Positions 33,582 to 46,182 of a stretch of DNA of 64,000 bases are shown here, piece by piece. The stretch spans positions 1,736,001 through 1,800,000 of the forward strand of contig CM039006.1 of assembly GCA_017499595.2 (NCBI GenBank), given 5' to 3'. A program made the position numbers and the translations under genes. Under the pieces are notes generated by a model. That model was given only the letters and a program-made list of their open reading frames with translations. It ran no database searches and was not told where the DNA came from. This DNA is from Psilocybe cubensis. Lineage: Eukaryota. Every line of letters begins with the position of its first letter. The first letter of the stretch is position 1.

Positions 33582-34094
33582 TTATCAGTCAACAAAGATC
33601 CTTTTTATATAGATACAGTGCATGATACAGTGAAAGATGATGGCCTCGGAGCCATTGCGTAAAGGGGTATTTGTCGTGCAGTTGCGTCCTCCGGCGAACG
33701 TCTGGGATAATTGAATGTAATACTAATCAATGGTGTTCAGTTAAGCGCTATAGCACAACTTTTCTTGTCCCCGATTGGAAGAGATCACGCAGGATCACGC
33801 AGATCAGCCAACGGTAATTTGTCGGTGAACTGAGCCAGCTCGCGCCCATCACTGCCATCGACCACTCCACATGTGGTCATGTTATCATTGTCCTTAAATT
33901 TGCTAGCAGGAATGGTTTTAACCTAGACAGATCCTTTAAATTGTCAAATTGTGCTACTATTGGGACTACCACCCTCTAACCTTCGTCGTCAGCGCTTATA
34001 CTCCAACGACGAAATGACACTCGGGAGCTGGAATCCGACTCGTATATCGCGACGGGTAGTGATCTTCCAACCCGATGTCCATTCTACGGTTACT

Positions 34095-35178
34095 CTACGA
34101 TTGAGCTCCTTCGTCCGGCGTCAGCAATCCGGAGAAAGACATAAGAGCCATTTGATCCACTACGTGGCGGCGTGGTGGGGGTACTCCTCTCAAATAGACC
34201 AACGGAGCGAGACGTTGTGTGGGATTAATGGCCCTAAGCGGAACTCTGGGTGAATCAAAAACAGGAGAGACCTTCGAGGCAAGAATGAATTTCTCTTCAA
34301 TCATACAAGAATGAATGAGTAACTGACAATCACTGGATTTGTGGGAATTTGGTGGCTTCCGGTAGAATCAGACGGTGAGCGACGAGGGCGCCGCGCATAG
34401 ACATATAGTCCTTCGGGAACACAGAGCCCTCTGAGCTGCGGGTGGTCTTCAACGCTGTAAAGCTGATCCACGGTATCTTGCGTGAAGTACGCAACTATGA
34501 TCGTAATCAAAATAGATCTGACATTAGTTCCATGAGGAATAGGGATAATGGTTTTTGCCAGCTTACTCAGATGCCATTTCCTCCGTCCGGTTTGGGTCCT
34601 TACGAACACCGAATACGTTTGCTTGATTAAAGGTTTTCTGTAGTAGTGTCTGGGTTGGATGCTGCAAATCCAAATTAATATAAAACCCTTATTTTCAGTT
34701 GGATGAATGGTATACTTTGTATTATTCGAGTCTGTGCTTTTAACAGGCTCGGGTTGTGCGGGTTGTTTCTCATAATAGAAAAGGAACTCCTATCACCATC
34801 TTTTTTAAGCAAGGGTATCATGCTATGCAGAGGGAATTCCAAGCTTACTCACATCCTTGACCCGACTTTGACCCCACGAAATTGAATCTGTCCACCTTTC
34901 AATCCCTAGCTGTGGCAGTAATGAGCGCTTAGTTCATAGTAAAGGGAGGAAGGTTTCATTACTCCTTTGGCATCTGTGTTAATGCCTCGTTCCTCCCACA
35001 CATATACACAGCCAGACCGTATCGCTCGGCGTTCTTCAGTGCTGAGCCGGCGGTGTACTAATGGGAGTATCCCTAGGTGAGCAGCGTGGATGATAGTGAT
35101 AGCATCAAGAGGGCTTTTAACCAGAATCCCTTCGCAAGTCGGAGGTTGCATGTAATGGGGAGAGGAAGGGAGTAGCAT
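34095..35178 (-). CDS. Gti1/Pac2 (WOPR) family transcription regulator
   Basis: MQPPTC...IHAAHLGILPLVHRRLSTEERRAIRSGCVYVWEER, RWTDSISWGQSRV, LIKQTYSVFV and KWH...AYFTQ. The 3' end is approximate. Confidence 0.85.
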
Positions 35179-35664
35179 AGGTAACTGATGAAGGTGAGAA
35201 TGCTTTTATATGCGGCCAAATCGCGCTGAAGACAACTGCCGATTGAATAAACACGCGACCGCAATAGATCATGTTACATCATGGCTATTTGCTATTACTA
35301 GTATGCAAAATGTGGGCAACACATCGTGATGTCTAGTGAGAGAGTAGAGACGTTATGAGTAGATAGTTCATTGAGATGTGAGAGTTGGCTCCCACTGTTT
35401 TTGCAGCCACAAACCCGGAAATTTTTACAGTCCAAAGGAATCTTCTGATTCGAAATACAAGATAGATGTTAGATGGCAAACAAAATCAGTTCTTGATTCG
35501 AACCAGATCTTGAGCGGTGATTTATATATAATGTGATGTAGGACATAACAGGTTATGTCTGCTTTCTTGGTGTTATAAAACACCCGGGCAAAATGGGACG
35601 CCAAAATATCTCTTAAGTAAAATAACACTAATCAGCGAAGCCCATTTGCTATTGTACGTAAATC

Positions 35665-35885
35665 ACGTAACTTGACTAAAGAGGGAAGATTGCTTGATCC
35701 CGTCTTGGGCGTGTCCATGAGTTGAGGTATCCCATTTCGACGTAGTACAATTAGCACCAACTGGCATTCCTTCAATCTGGTATGCTACTAAGTACTGCCG
35801 TGAATCGGAGAAAGTCATAGATCCATACAAACATACCTATCGCAAACCCATGGGCAAAGTCCACTGTAGGAAAGAGGTTGGACCT
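35665..35885 (-). pseudogene. Decayed 5' fragment of the adjacent GH1 gene
   Basis: Reads (AGG instead of ATG)-SNLFPTVDFAHGFA, with the same first intron position, then AYQIEGMPVGANCTTSKWDT. The GH1 gene reads [34 protein letters not shown]. Similarity collapses afterwards. Confidence 0.8.
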
Positions 35886-36156
35886 ATGAGCTGTTAGTCT
35901 GAGTTAAGGATCTTCAATGTTTATATGAAAGTATAATGTAAGATCATAGCTTCCTCGGAGTCACTGCATAAAAGTGTATTTGTCATGCCGTCGGCGAACG
36001 TTAATCATTGAGTTTAATCAATGGCGTTCAGTTAAGCGCTAGCCAGCAATATCATAGCACAATTTTTCTTGTTCCGACCAGATCAACTTGGAAACTTGAA
36101 AGTACATTCACGTACTATTAGACTCACCAACGGGAATTTGTCGGTGAAGTGAACCT
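35886..36156. repeat. Diverged duplicate of the GH1 upstream region (matches ~33560-33835)
   Basis: Shared blocks CCTCGGAG, GTATTTGTC, CGGCGAACGT, TAATCAATGGyGTTCAGTTAAGCGCTA, ATAGCACAA and CCAACGG.AATTTGTCGGTGAA occur in the same order. Confidence 0.8.
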
Positions 36157-36417
36157 TTCCAATTTCCCAAGTCGGATGCCGCACTGGTATCGGCCGCATG
36201 CTGCTTGTGATGGCAGACACTGGGAATGGGTGGTAGTGATCACCCTTGCGTTTCTGACAATACTGCAGCTCGGAAAAAGGCGGAGGTGACACTTGTGACG
36301 TGACATGTAACCAATACGCGCACATGACCACGGCGCCCATCAACCAAACACTTCTTCAACTCCGACTACCACAACGCCCAAGAAACACATCGTCGACGGC
36401 CCATCGTGACAATCACC

Positions 36418-36971
36418 ATGATATTTAGGGTGATATTTCTGATGCTGACATGCACTCTGTCAGTCTACAAGAGACCTGCTATTATAATTTGGTCCATTGA
36501 ACAACTTGGTTGGATCACCTGGCTACTATTGGCGAACATACCGTCTCTCTCTATTGCCCCATGCACCCATAATAAACTGGATGTGGTCTCTGTGTACTTT
36601 TGGGCGTCGTCTACGGCGCATACATACCTGTGATGTAAATATATGCGTCACAGCTCGAGGGGAATGTTCAATCCAGGTCTGGTGGCAAAATACTCTTCAC
36701 CCAGGACACTCTTCCACTTCGTCTACCAGGGAAGCGTGTATCCACCTCATGCGTACCTATCACTCGTGGGCGGATCTCCTGGTTTTAAGCTATATGCTCT
36801 CCCCTGTTTGCTATGCGACGATCGCAACGATATCTTCAATGCTGAAGTATCTGCGCTGGTGTACATTGCCTTTATACAGGTAAGCTTGCTTGGTTCTGGG
36901 GTACATAACTGACTACGTTAATCTTGAGATTACAGTGTCGGGTAGTACATCGACATTACTATTTGTCCGTA
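36418..36971 (+). other. Possible small spliced gene or gene remnant
   Basis: Intron-like segments (CTGAC..CAG at ~36445-36463; GTAAGC..CAG at ~36880-36935) flank hydrophobic reading frames. No family recognised. Confidence 0.25.
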
Positions 36972-37096
36972 AACAATATGGCGGACTGCGAGGTAATGTC
37001 CCACAGAAAAGTTAAACAAAACCAACTCTTAACGCCGATTGAACAGCTTAGTTGGCCTGCGTAGTATGAAGAGCATTAGATATCTATTGTCGTTTA

Positions 37097-40000
37097 TCAG
37101 GATAATCGAGGACGAGGTAAGAAACCCAAACTCACATTTTTCTTGTCTGCAGAATATGCTGCGCGAAGTTTTTCCTGCAGTGCGGGGTCATTGATACGAG
37201 CCAGATGAACCAGTGAGGTCACTTCAGCCTTATTGTTTAAGAGCAATTCAATAACTTTATTGTGACTTTGGAAACATGCTGCCTGTAGTGCATTGCCATG
37301 ATAGCCCCCTGACACGTTCACATCTGCCCCATTGTTCAACAAGAGGTCCACAAGACTATAATGGCCCTTAGAAGATGCCGCCTGGAGTGCAGTGGCAAAG
37401 TAGCCAGGCACGGTATGGTTGACATCTGCGCCGTGTTTCAGGAGTGCTTTGGCTGCCAATAGATTGCCCCGATTTGATGCCACCTGGAGTGCAGTCTTGT
37501 GCTTGCTATCCACAGCATTGACATTTGCACCGTGCTTTATGAGTAGTTCAATCAGCGATTGATTGCCTTCATAAGACGCTGCCTGGAGTGCAGTGCCGAA
37601 CTTTCCAGCCATGGCGTTGACGTCCGCACCGTGTTTGAGGAGTGCTTCAACCACCGATTGACGACTGCATCGTAGAGTTGCAGACTGAAGAGCAGTGCCA
37701 TACTTGCCACTCACGACATTGACATCCGCGCCATGCTTCAGAAGGGCTTGGACCACCGATTCATGACCCCTGTAGCAGGCCGCTTGGAGTGCAGTGCCGT
37801 ATTTCCCTGCCACAGCATTGACATCAGCACCATGTTTTAAGAGTGTTTCAACCACTAATTCATGGCCCCTATTAGATGCTGCCTGGAGTGCCGTGCCATA
37901 CTTGCCACCCACGGTGTTGACATTGACATCTATGGCGCGTTTCTGGCAGACCTTAGACGCATGAACACTGCTTCTAGAGGATGCTGCCTCCAATTGCTCT
38001 CTGTCTGGGTTATTATTATCCACCTCTGCCAATAGGTGTTCGACCACCCCAACAAGTCCTAGCAACGATGCCCACTGTAGTGGCCTTGGCTCAATTTCCA
38101 CTAGTCCCTTCTTCAGACATTGACTTTCTTTTGGACTGAGGTCAAATTTTCCAATGGCGACCTTTGTTAGAACAGGGATTCCTGATCTTAATAGACGTGC
38201 TGCCATCTTGAACACGGTAGTATCTGCATCTATGCCATGGTATCCAACATGGAGGTCCCAGGTCTCTGCAGCATAATTTTTGAGCGGGAAAGCAGAGGCA
38301 TCAGATGTGTCGTTGATTAAGTAAGTTTCCAAGAGATACGACATCAATGTTTTTGAGATATCAATGCGAGATTGAGCGGTATTGGCCAGACAAAATCTGT
38401 TTTGAACTCGAGTGGAGATGAGATATTCCTTCACCGAGAAATGAGACAATTTAATGAATTCCTCTTTCCAGGGTCTGTGAGCATCTGTTTGATTTATATC
38501 CAAGGAAAGCAGGTCTCACTGGTGTTTCGTTCATCTTTACTCATTACAACCAATCCTCCACATAGCTCCAGGATATCAGATGGGTTGAGATACCGTCTTT
38601 TAGGATTAAAAACTGCCTGATCATCCGAAGAGAATTCAATCGTAACAGTTTCAGCGAGTTCACTAAGTGTTATTGCTTCCATTGAGAATGCAAGGAACTG
38701 AAGAAACCTTCGAAGATCCAAAGCGTCTTCGTCCTTGCATTTACGCAGAATTCGGTCATATATTTCGTCGAGGCCATTTGGAAACTTGGTCAATGCTTTC
38801 TCCAACTTGGACAAGGTTGAACACTGCTCCAATTCAGCCAGCATTAGTGCAGTGTATCGAAACCTTTCACCGTAATCAGTGCTGCTGTACAATGATGCGG
38901 CAATGACAAAGGTAGAACTTACGATCCGTCAGCACAATCCCGTAATTTTGATTCTACCTCACCCCGAATCTGTTCATTGAATCGCTGAAGCTTTGAACAT
39001 TCCATTTGCTTGCTGATATAGTCCTCAATGTCTTTGTTTGTAGGATTAACGACGTCAATACTGTCGCCGCCTAGATCTTTAAAAACGTTTGTGATGTCTG
39101 TCTCATGTCGACTTGTGATTAGCAAATGAATATCAGTTTGTAGTTGTGTGTTGGTGAGGAGTTTCCGAACCCAATCAAGTGTCTTTTGGCGATCTGAGCA
39201 CTCGTCTAGGGCATCAATGGCAATGAACACGCGGTCAAATCCTTCTAGAATATGTTGCATGGTCTCCTCGAGTTGATCATCCAATGGTTGCGAAGCACCA
39301 CATTTTGTATGAAGGTCTACCATCTCTTGCGGAATCCCTCCATGACGGGAGTCGCATAGCTGGTACGCCAGTGATCGTATGAATTTTATATGTAGCTGGG
39401 AGTCTGTCTGTCCGTCGCGTGCATCGAAGAAGAAATAAACAATTCCAGTCGATGAGCTGGGGTCCGGAAGTTTATTGATAATCGAGGCCCTGTGAATTTC
39501 GTGGGTTTAAATTACAGATCGTCTGAGGACCTTCAAACTTACATTAAGATTGTCTTGCCACACCCCGCTATTGTCACAAAGTCAATATTACCTTCACTTG
39601 AAGATTACAGAACTCAGGATGATTACCTTTTCCGTGGACCCAGATGAAGCCAGGATGATGTAGCCATCGTCCGAATCTCTCGTCCTCGAGAAACCATGAA
39701 CATGTCTGGCGCTGACGCTTTCCATGAGCTTCGTTGTAGTTTTTTGAAATGTCGATTGGGCGGTCGGAGGGCCACAACCACTTGAAAATCTTTTCCGCTT
39801 CAATAAATTACGTTTAGTGTTAGTATGAGGCCAATTAGTATCTAAGCTGTGATCAGAGCGACGTACCTAGGGCGTCGTCCTTCACCTTGCAAACCTCATT
39901 TTTGACCTCGTTCATAATATCCTCTAATTATGACACGATTTTCCGTTGAAAAAGCGAACATTGAGAAATAGAGTTGTACTCACTAGTTTTGGGCCTTTCT

Positions 40001-42000
40001 TTATGTTGTAGTGCTTACATTCTGAGTGTGCGAACAGCCTATTGGATGACATTCTGATAAAATTAGCACAGACCGTGGTAAATTTAAACTCGTGTCGTGG
40101 TAAAGCTGTGGTCAAGTCGTGGTTTCATCAAAACCAATGGTGTACGTGTTGGTATTATCCTAGGGTGGTCTCTCTAAAGATGGTCTTCCGTAAAGCAGTT
40201 ATTTCAACAGATGGTTAAGGGCGCAATTCTTCCAGATAATCTGAAATTTAACTGAGTTTATATCGGCCTATCACGGCAAAGCATATTTTGTCATGCTGTG
40301 GGTGTTTCCGGCACCTTTACTTAGATTATTTTGATGCAGAAGGAGCCGAGATAAGTTGGAAACAAAAAAATCTGAGAAAAAATGACAAAAGTTGTTTGAA
40401 AGTGAACAGGACTTGGTATAGGTTCATATAAACCGGGTATTACTGTATCATTGATAAGAAAACCATTTGATACAGCAATGTATACCTAGGTCACAGTACG
40501 ACCACACCAAAGTACGTTGTTCAACCAAGGGTGTATGTAGTAATGACTAAGTACTTCATTACGAAACCTGACATAAATGTACGTATCAAAGTTCTAGTCT
40601 TGCTATTTTTGTAGCGACCAAATCCTGAAGCCGGACACTTCGCATTTTCAACGGAAAATCGTGTCATATCTAATTGACCAATGCTATTGAACGCCGGAGC
40701 TCATGAGACATCAAACACACGTACTGCTTTCTTTCACCGCCTTATTCGTTTCCAGCTGTATTCTCTCATAGAACCTCTCTTTTAGAACCAGACATCTTCT
40801 TTGGCACTCTGTGATACGTGAGCTCATATCACCAAAGTACAATCTCAAAGTCCGTTCTGCATACACAGGTCAGTCAGGTTATCATAACAAGGCGTATGGG
40901 ACAAATACCGGAGAAAGAGGGTTGGGTATACTCGTGAATGAGTGATGCAACCTGCAAGGATTGAAAGCCAATTTCTTTGATGAGGTCGACTGCGTCTGGT
41001 ATTCTTGGCAAGTCAAGCTTCGCGGTTGTAGTAGCGAGCATCTCGCGCAAGGTTTCAGCAAGCTCTCGGATTGATTGGTCCTGGATTTCCGTTTGATGTG
41101 TTGCCTGTTGAAAAGACAGATTAGTTTACATATATTTTGGATATAAAGCACTATACACTGTAGAGAGTTGAAATGACCGTCCAGGATGTCTTTAGTATCG
41201 GATGCGCCTAATTATAAATTGAATAAACAAATGCGCAGTAACATTGTCATCGCCATTGAGCCGACCACGAGCCACTCACGTCAGCGACACTGTTCATCAA
41301 GACCCTTGTATTCTGCAGCACAGGTCCCAATACTAACAACGCACGTTTGCTGACGCCTTCGATGCCTTTAAGATCATCCACATCTCCGTCAACTTTCTTC
41401 ATGAAGTCCGAGATCAACTCATCGCGTGTCGCACACAGAGAAAGAGACATGTTGATTTGCGCAATGGTTTTTCCCTTTCTATCCACCAGCGCAAACGATT
41501 TCGAATCTATACGAAATATTTTCAACTACATTTCCCAAATTCTAAGGATAAACCTCTCACCGTTATCGAGCAATCGCTCAATTCGTTCCGCAAATTGTGC
41601 CACATGTACCTTGGTTTGAGGGATTTTTCCTATTATCCCTCCTTTAAAACCGCGATGGAGCTCAACTTTGACTACCGAAGAAGGTGTAAAACCGCTGTTG
41701 CGCAAATAAGCGACCGAACCAGACAAAGGTTTATCGCAACACTCACATTTTGTTATCCGAGTCCCATTTCCAAGAAAGCTCTCGGGAACGAGATTGGGAT
41801 TTCTTCGATTTTATTACTTTGTGGTTGTCGACGTAGATGTGAACCCAATAAAAGGATCGGTTTTTATCGTTCTTCAAGATGTCGCCTTCGACATCGATGC
41901 CTAGATAGCAAATCAGGAAATGTATTTGTCACAACATATTCTATATTAACTTACTGGATATAATTCCACTGAGGAGCAACTGGTGGGCGTCGAGATCCAT
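37097..42000 (-). CDS. Fungal NLR-like protein: C2-like N-terminus, helical linker, NACHT NTPase, ankyrin repeats
   Basis: ATG 42000. Exons splice in frame to a C2-like region (YWVHIYVD...LSWKW...VKVELHR), TCSWFL, Walker A GKAGCGKT, YFFFD, Walker B IAIDALDEC, LLITSR, LSHFSVKEYL and ankyrin repeats. The TIR element lies at one splice acceptor. Confidence 0.88.
37235..37925 (-). repeat. Array of ~7 similar ankyrin repeats (~99-bp units)
   Basis: GKYGTALQAA..G...VV..LLKHGADVN is repeated; GCCTGGAGTGCAGT and ACATTGACAT recur on the + strand. Confidence 0.93.
39929..40668. mobile_element. 740-bp non-autonomous TIR element (MITE-like) with 6-bp TSD
   Basis: 30-bp TIRs TATGACACGATTTTCCGTTGAAAA(A/T)GCGAA at 39929-39958 and 40639-40668 (1 mismatch). 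Direct repeat TCTAAT at 39923-39928 and 40669-40674. No transposase ORF. Confidence 0.92.
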
Positions 42001-42776
42001 AGGTAGGGAAACGGAGGTAGTGAGCAGTGAGACGTCTGAGCCTGATGGTCAGGTTGCCTCATGGCAATGCCGTTTAGGCATTAATTTTGGTTTCTGTCTG
42101 TCTAATTTTATCCCTGTTCCAAGCAAACGCGCTGCTGTGCCCAGTAGCACTAGCAGAGGCACCTGTAGGTTCGAATGAAGTGACAAGGTGTTTAACACTG
42201 GTAAAGCTTTTTTATGTATTCACCATTTACACTTACATCAGATTTACATTCGAGCGCTCTTCATTTTATCCCTACATTTGAACAATGAGTTCGTGGGACG
42301 TTGACCCTGTTCTTAGGCCTGCCTACAACAATAGCCCTTGTATTGAGTGTCAAGACGAAAAATAAATCAAGGGTGATGGTACTCACTGGTTAGTTTAATC
42401 CAAGATTTCAGCAACTTTGTGAACTAGATCGGAAGAAAATTCTTTCCCGCTGAATCTCCTCATCGGATATAGGGGTACTACTTAGCAAGCAGGGCCGCCA
42501 GCCTTGCCGTATTTGTGATCGACCCCGAGATGTTCCTTGAGCTCTACAAGCTCTTATAAACGAAGAACTTAACCTTTAAAGCCATACCGAACCTTCACAT
42601 ATCCGATAGCGATCCAGTGGTTATCAGGAGGGCTAATTGCGGTTGTGACGTTACGTGACGGAAAACGCGGTTGCATCAGCAACACGCACACGTGATCACA
42701 GCGCGGTTTGTTTGTAGGACGAATTGAAACCAGAAATTTTGAGACAACGGCCCCTTCTTTAACCAAAACTACCACA

Positions 42777-45014
42777 ATGCCCCATAAGCGCACTGCCGCC
42801 GCCGCCGACGCCCATGACGGCGACGGCGACGCCTTTCAGTGCCACAGCTCCCCTCGGAAGCGTTCGAGAAAGGACAGCTTTCCGTATCCTAGGACGCCAG
42901 GTCCCTCTGGATCTTCCAGCAGTCCAAACAAAGCTTCCATATTTGCGACTCCCAAAACGCCATACACGCCATATCCACTGCATGCCTCTGATTCGCCCTC
43001 GAACCCCTTTGGAAGGAAGCGGACAGAGCGTCTCATCCATACACTGCCTCCGGTGTCGTCATTCAGCAAGCACGCCGTGCTGAGATTTCAGCTTGTCCGT
43101 AAAGGCGTTCTTGCGAAACAAGGCGGGGTGTATCGCATTGTGCGTGTGCCCATGAACTACACATTCACCCACCTTCGATGCCTCATCGCTTGGCTGTTCC
43201 ACACGCCGGCCAGCTATGCTCATGCTAACAACGAAGAGTATCTCTTTGAGGTCAAGTCAAAAGTCGCGACTTATAGCCCTCTCTACAAACCTGGCCAAAT
43301 CAAGTCTGGGGTCACTTCTGTCAAGTTGTCCAACAAGCGTGATCCGGCAAGATGGCGCTCAAATTATGGGCTGTTGGACGAAGAGGACGAGTTGAGTGAG
43401 GATGGAGGTGAAGAGGTGGAGAAAGCAAGTGATATCGGGACAGAAGATGCCGAGGAGGATGAGGCAGACGAGTGGAGATGGGCAGACGAAGAAGATTTTA
43501 CGCTAGGCCATGTCTTTCCTAGAGGAATCGACGCAGAGATAGCTATCGTTTATGTGCGTTTCGTTTCTTTCCTTCTGTCCCTCATTGCCTAATACATTGC
43601 TTGCATCATGAAGCACCACTCTCCATCTACCCAGATCCATATAACTGTGAATAAAGCGGTGCTGCCTCGCCAGCGTGGTCGTGCTAACACGCCATTCGTG
43701 TTCCATGGGCGCGGTCGCGTGCATCTATCTCCACCTCCACTACCCCGGCCTGTGTTCACTAAATCCATTTCAGACATCTTGTCTTCTTCTCCTGCGCCAA
43801 TCGCAGTGGCCAGTTCTTCGAACGGTTCCCCGACATTCCAGTTATCGCGTGCCGTGTCTACACCCCAGCGAAGACTGACACCACCTAAAGACGCGGATTG
43901 GGACGACGACGCAGATGGCGATATCGACCCTGATGTAGAAGGTGGTTTCTTGCACCCCTTTGACGAGAATCATCCTTTTTTCCATGCCAGTTCATCACCT
44001 GTCAAGCACGAAGTTATTCTCGTGGAGGATTCTGACGACGATGGGAAAGATGATGATGAGGAAAACGGGGCGGATGAAGACCACGACGAAGAGATTGTTC
44101 CGGACAAATGGAACATACCTTCGCACCTGTTCGCCTTGTACCTTCTGCAGTACATGGACCCGCATGGCACAGACTATGGAGATGTAGACGAGTCATTCTT
44201 CCAGGAGGAGCAGGTCTATGATCCATTCGATGATGATGATGATGATGATGTACCTGTTGAAGAGGATGCGAAGAAGAAGAAGACGCCAATCCCAGTGCAG
44301 CAGGAGCAGGAAGAAGAAGAGGAAGAAACCGAATTTGATATTTTTGAAGACGCGCAGTGTGACGAGGATGAGGAGGATATCGCAGGTGAAGGAGCCGACG
44401 AGCGTGATGAAGAAGAGGATCTCGCATACGCGGAAGAAGAAGAGTACGAAGATTATCAGGACGAAGATGGTTTCATTGAAGTGGAAGAAGATCTAAAAGG
44501 GCAAGACACGCAAAGCTCGACGCCAGGCCTCACGCACTGCGCCTCGTCGTCATCCTCTCTTCCACCTTCCTCTCCGCAACGTCACCCTTCCTCACCTGCA
44601 CATTCATCCTACTACGGCAGCGCTAACGCGTCGAGCCTTTCCCTTCCCGACCCATCCGATTTTGACTTCATACTCGAAGCGCACTACCCGAATAAGAAAT
44701 ACACGCAGACGCCCGCGCCGCCTAAAGCGCGCAAGTTTCGGCTAAGGATTAAGCGCCTGGAGAAGCAGCTGGCCAAGCTCAAAAAGTCGGCGTTTATGAC
44801 CAAGCACGATGAAAAGGTGGAAGAGGATGAGGAGACCCCGAAGGAGCCGGAAGTCGATGAGCTTGCGGGTGATAATGGTGCTGAAACTGAGGTACAAGAA
44901 GAAGAAGACCAGGAGGCCAAGGAGCGTGATTATGATGCTCGACTGAAGTGGAGAAAACCAAGCTCGAAGAGCGGGGAGATCTGGGATCCGTTTGGTGATG
45001 AGGTCGAGTTGTGA
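42777..45014 (+). CDS. Hypothetical protein with pRiA4b-ORF3/MM3350-like segment and very acidic disordered region
   Basis: Two long ORFs joined by an intron at ~43554-43612; VYRIVRVPMNYTFTHLRCLIAWLF motif; D/E tracts; ends WDPFGDEVEL. Confidence 0.8.
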
Positions 45015-45431
45015 TTTCTTTGGATGACCGTGCTCCTGTTCGTCCTTGCTTTTTTATTAGTTACTTGTGGCATTCTACATTCGATTATTGTCTTGTTTTG
45101 TCTCCTTTTTCAGGGTTTGTCTTTTTCGGCCTTTTTGCCGTCGCCGCCGTTGGTTTATTTGGTATAGTACTCACGTTTGCTTCGTATTGCTATCTTCGCT
45201 AGTCTTTTTCATTGGAAACCCATTCAAATTGTATGTACAACACAATAGAAACGGAAATCAGGTTTTTTGCTTTTTCAATGTCTCTTTACATACAGCATAA
45301 AAAATCAAAGTACGAGCAAATAAAAACATACTTGTAGATACAGATGGTGCGCAGTTTAGCACCACAGCTAGATATATATTGGGCCATGTTCTGGCTCGGA
45401 AGAGGGAGCTGCAGTCGACGTTCGTTTCAAG

Positions 45432-46182
45432 CTAAACGACAGTGAGACATGAGTTCCTGGTGGAATGGTCCAAGTCTCGCGCCGCCAGAACCGACTTTTG
45501 CGAAGTAGGACAAGCAAAATATACAAATAAATAAGCCTTTGCGAGATGATTAGTATTCAAGTATATCTTAAAGTCCTCATTGATAGTGAACAATGTCATG
45601 ACGCACCCTACGAGGATGGCAGCGCCTGCAGCGATGCCCATCAAAATCTTCAGGGCGAGCTTCCAGTCTTTGCACGCTGGGTGTGGGTATATGACTGGGG
45701 GAAATGGATCTCTTGGTCCACCAGGGTACATGGGGTAGTGTCGGTATGGCATGCATAACGACTGCCAGGGATATATGGCATGGAAGCCGTCGAGTTGTAT
45801 AGTGTAATACCGTAGCAGTGTACCGTTGACGATAATACCCAGGAGAGTGGGGCAGTCAACGTAGATATAGACGGTCGAGACAGCTAGAGATACAATCATC
45901 TTATATCTGAAATGAGTTGAAAAATTCAGCAGGCAAAACTTGGATAGAGATAATCACCAATACAGAAATAGTTAGCAGTCGAAAAGTCGCTAGATATTGC
46001 CATCCATGAGTCTCGCCGAGAGGTGATGATATTGAAACGATTATCAAGCTCGCGAGGAGGAGTATAAGTGCAAATATCGACAGGTAAATGGTTGCCGCGG
46101 ACAGATACTTGAATTGAGTAGTATGCGCTCCCTCCGAAACCTGTTCAGAGGCCGTGCCATTTGTGTCTCTGGCGGCCTCCAT
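45432..46182 (-). CDS. Hypothetical small multi-pass membrane protein
   Basis: Two hydrophobic ORFs (45901-46182 and 45432-45899) are joinable by a ~58-nt GT..AG intron. Confidence 0.55.

Noticed and set aside
37235-37925. Regularly spaced repeats resembling a CRISPR array
   Set aside because: They are in-frame ankyrin coding repeats in a eukaryotic gene.
38460-38520. Apparent frameshift between ORFs 38494-38892 and 37097-38503
   Set aside because: It is explained by a ~54-nt GTGAGA..AAG intron that restores the frame.
40960-41000. Suspected frameshift in an NLR exon
   Set aside because: On re-reading the exon is in frame (VDLIKEIGFQSLQVASLIHEY).
44230-44250. (GAT)n and similar (GAC)n at ~10586
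   Set aside because: These are simple coding poly-Asp tracts.
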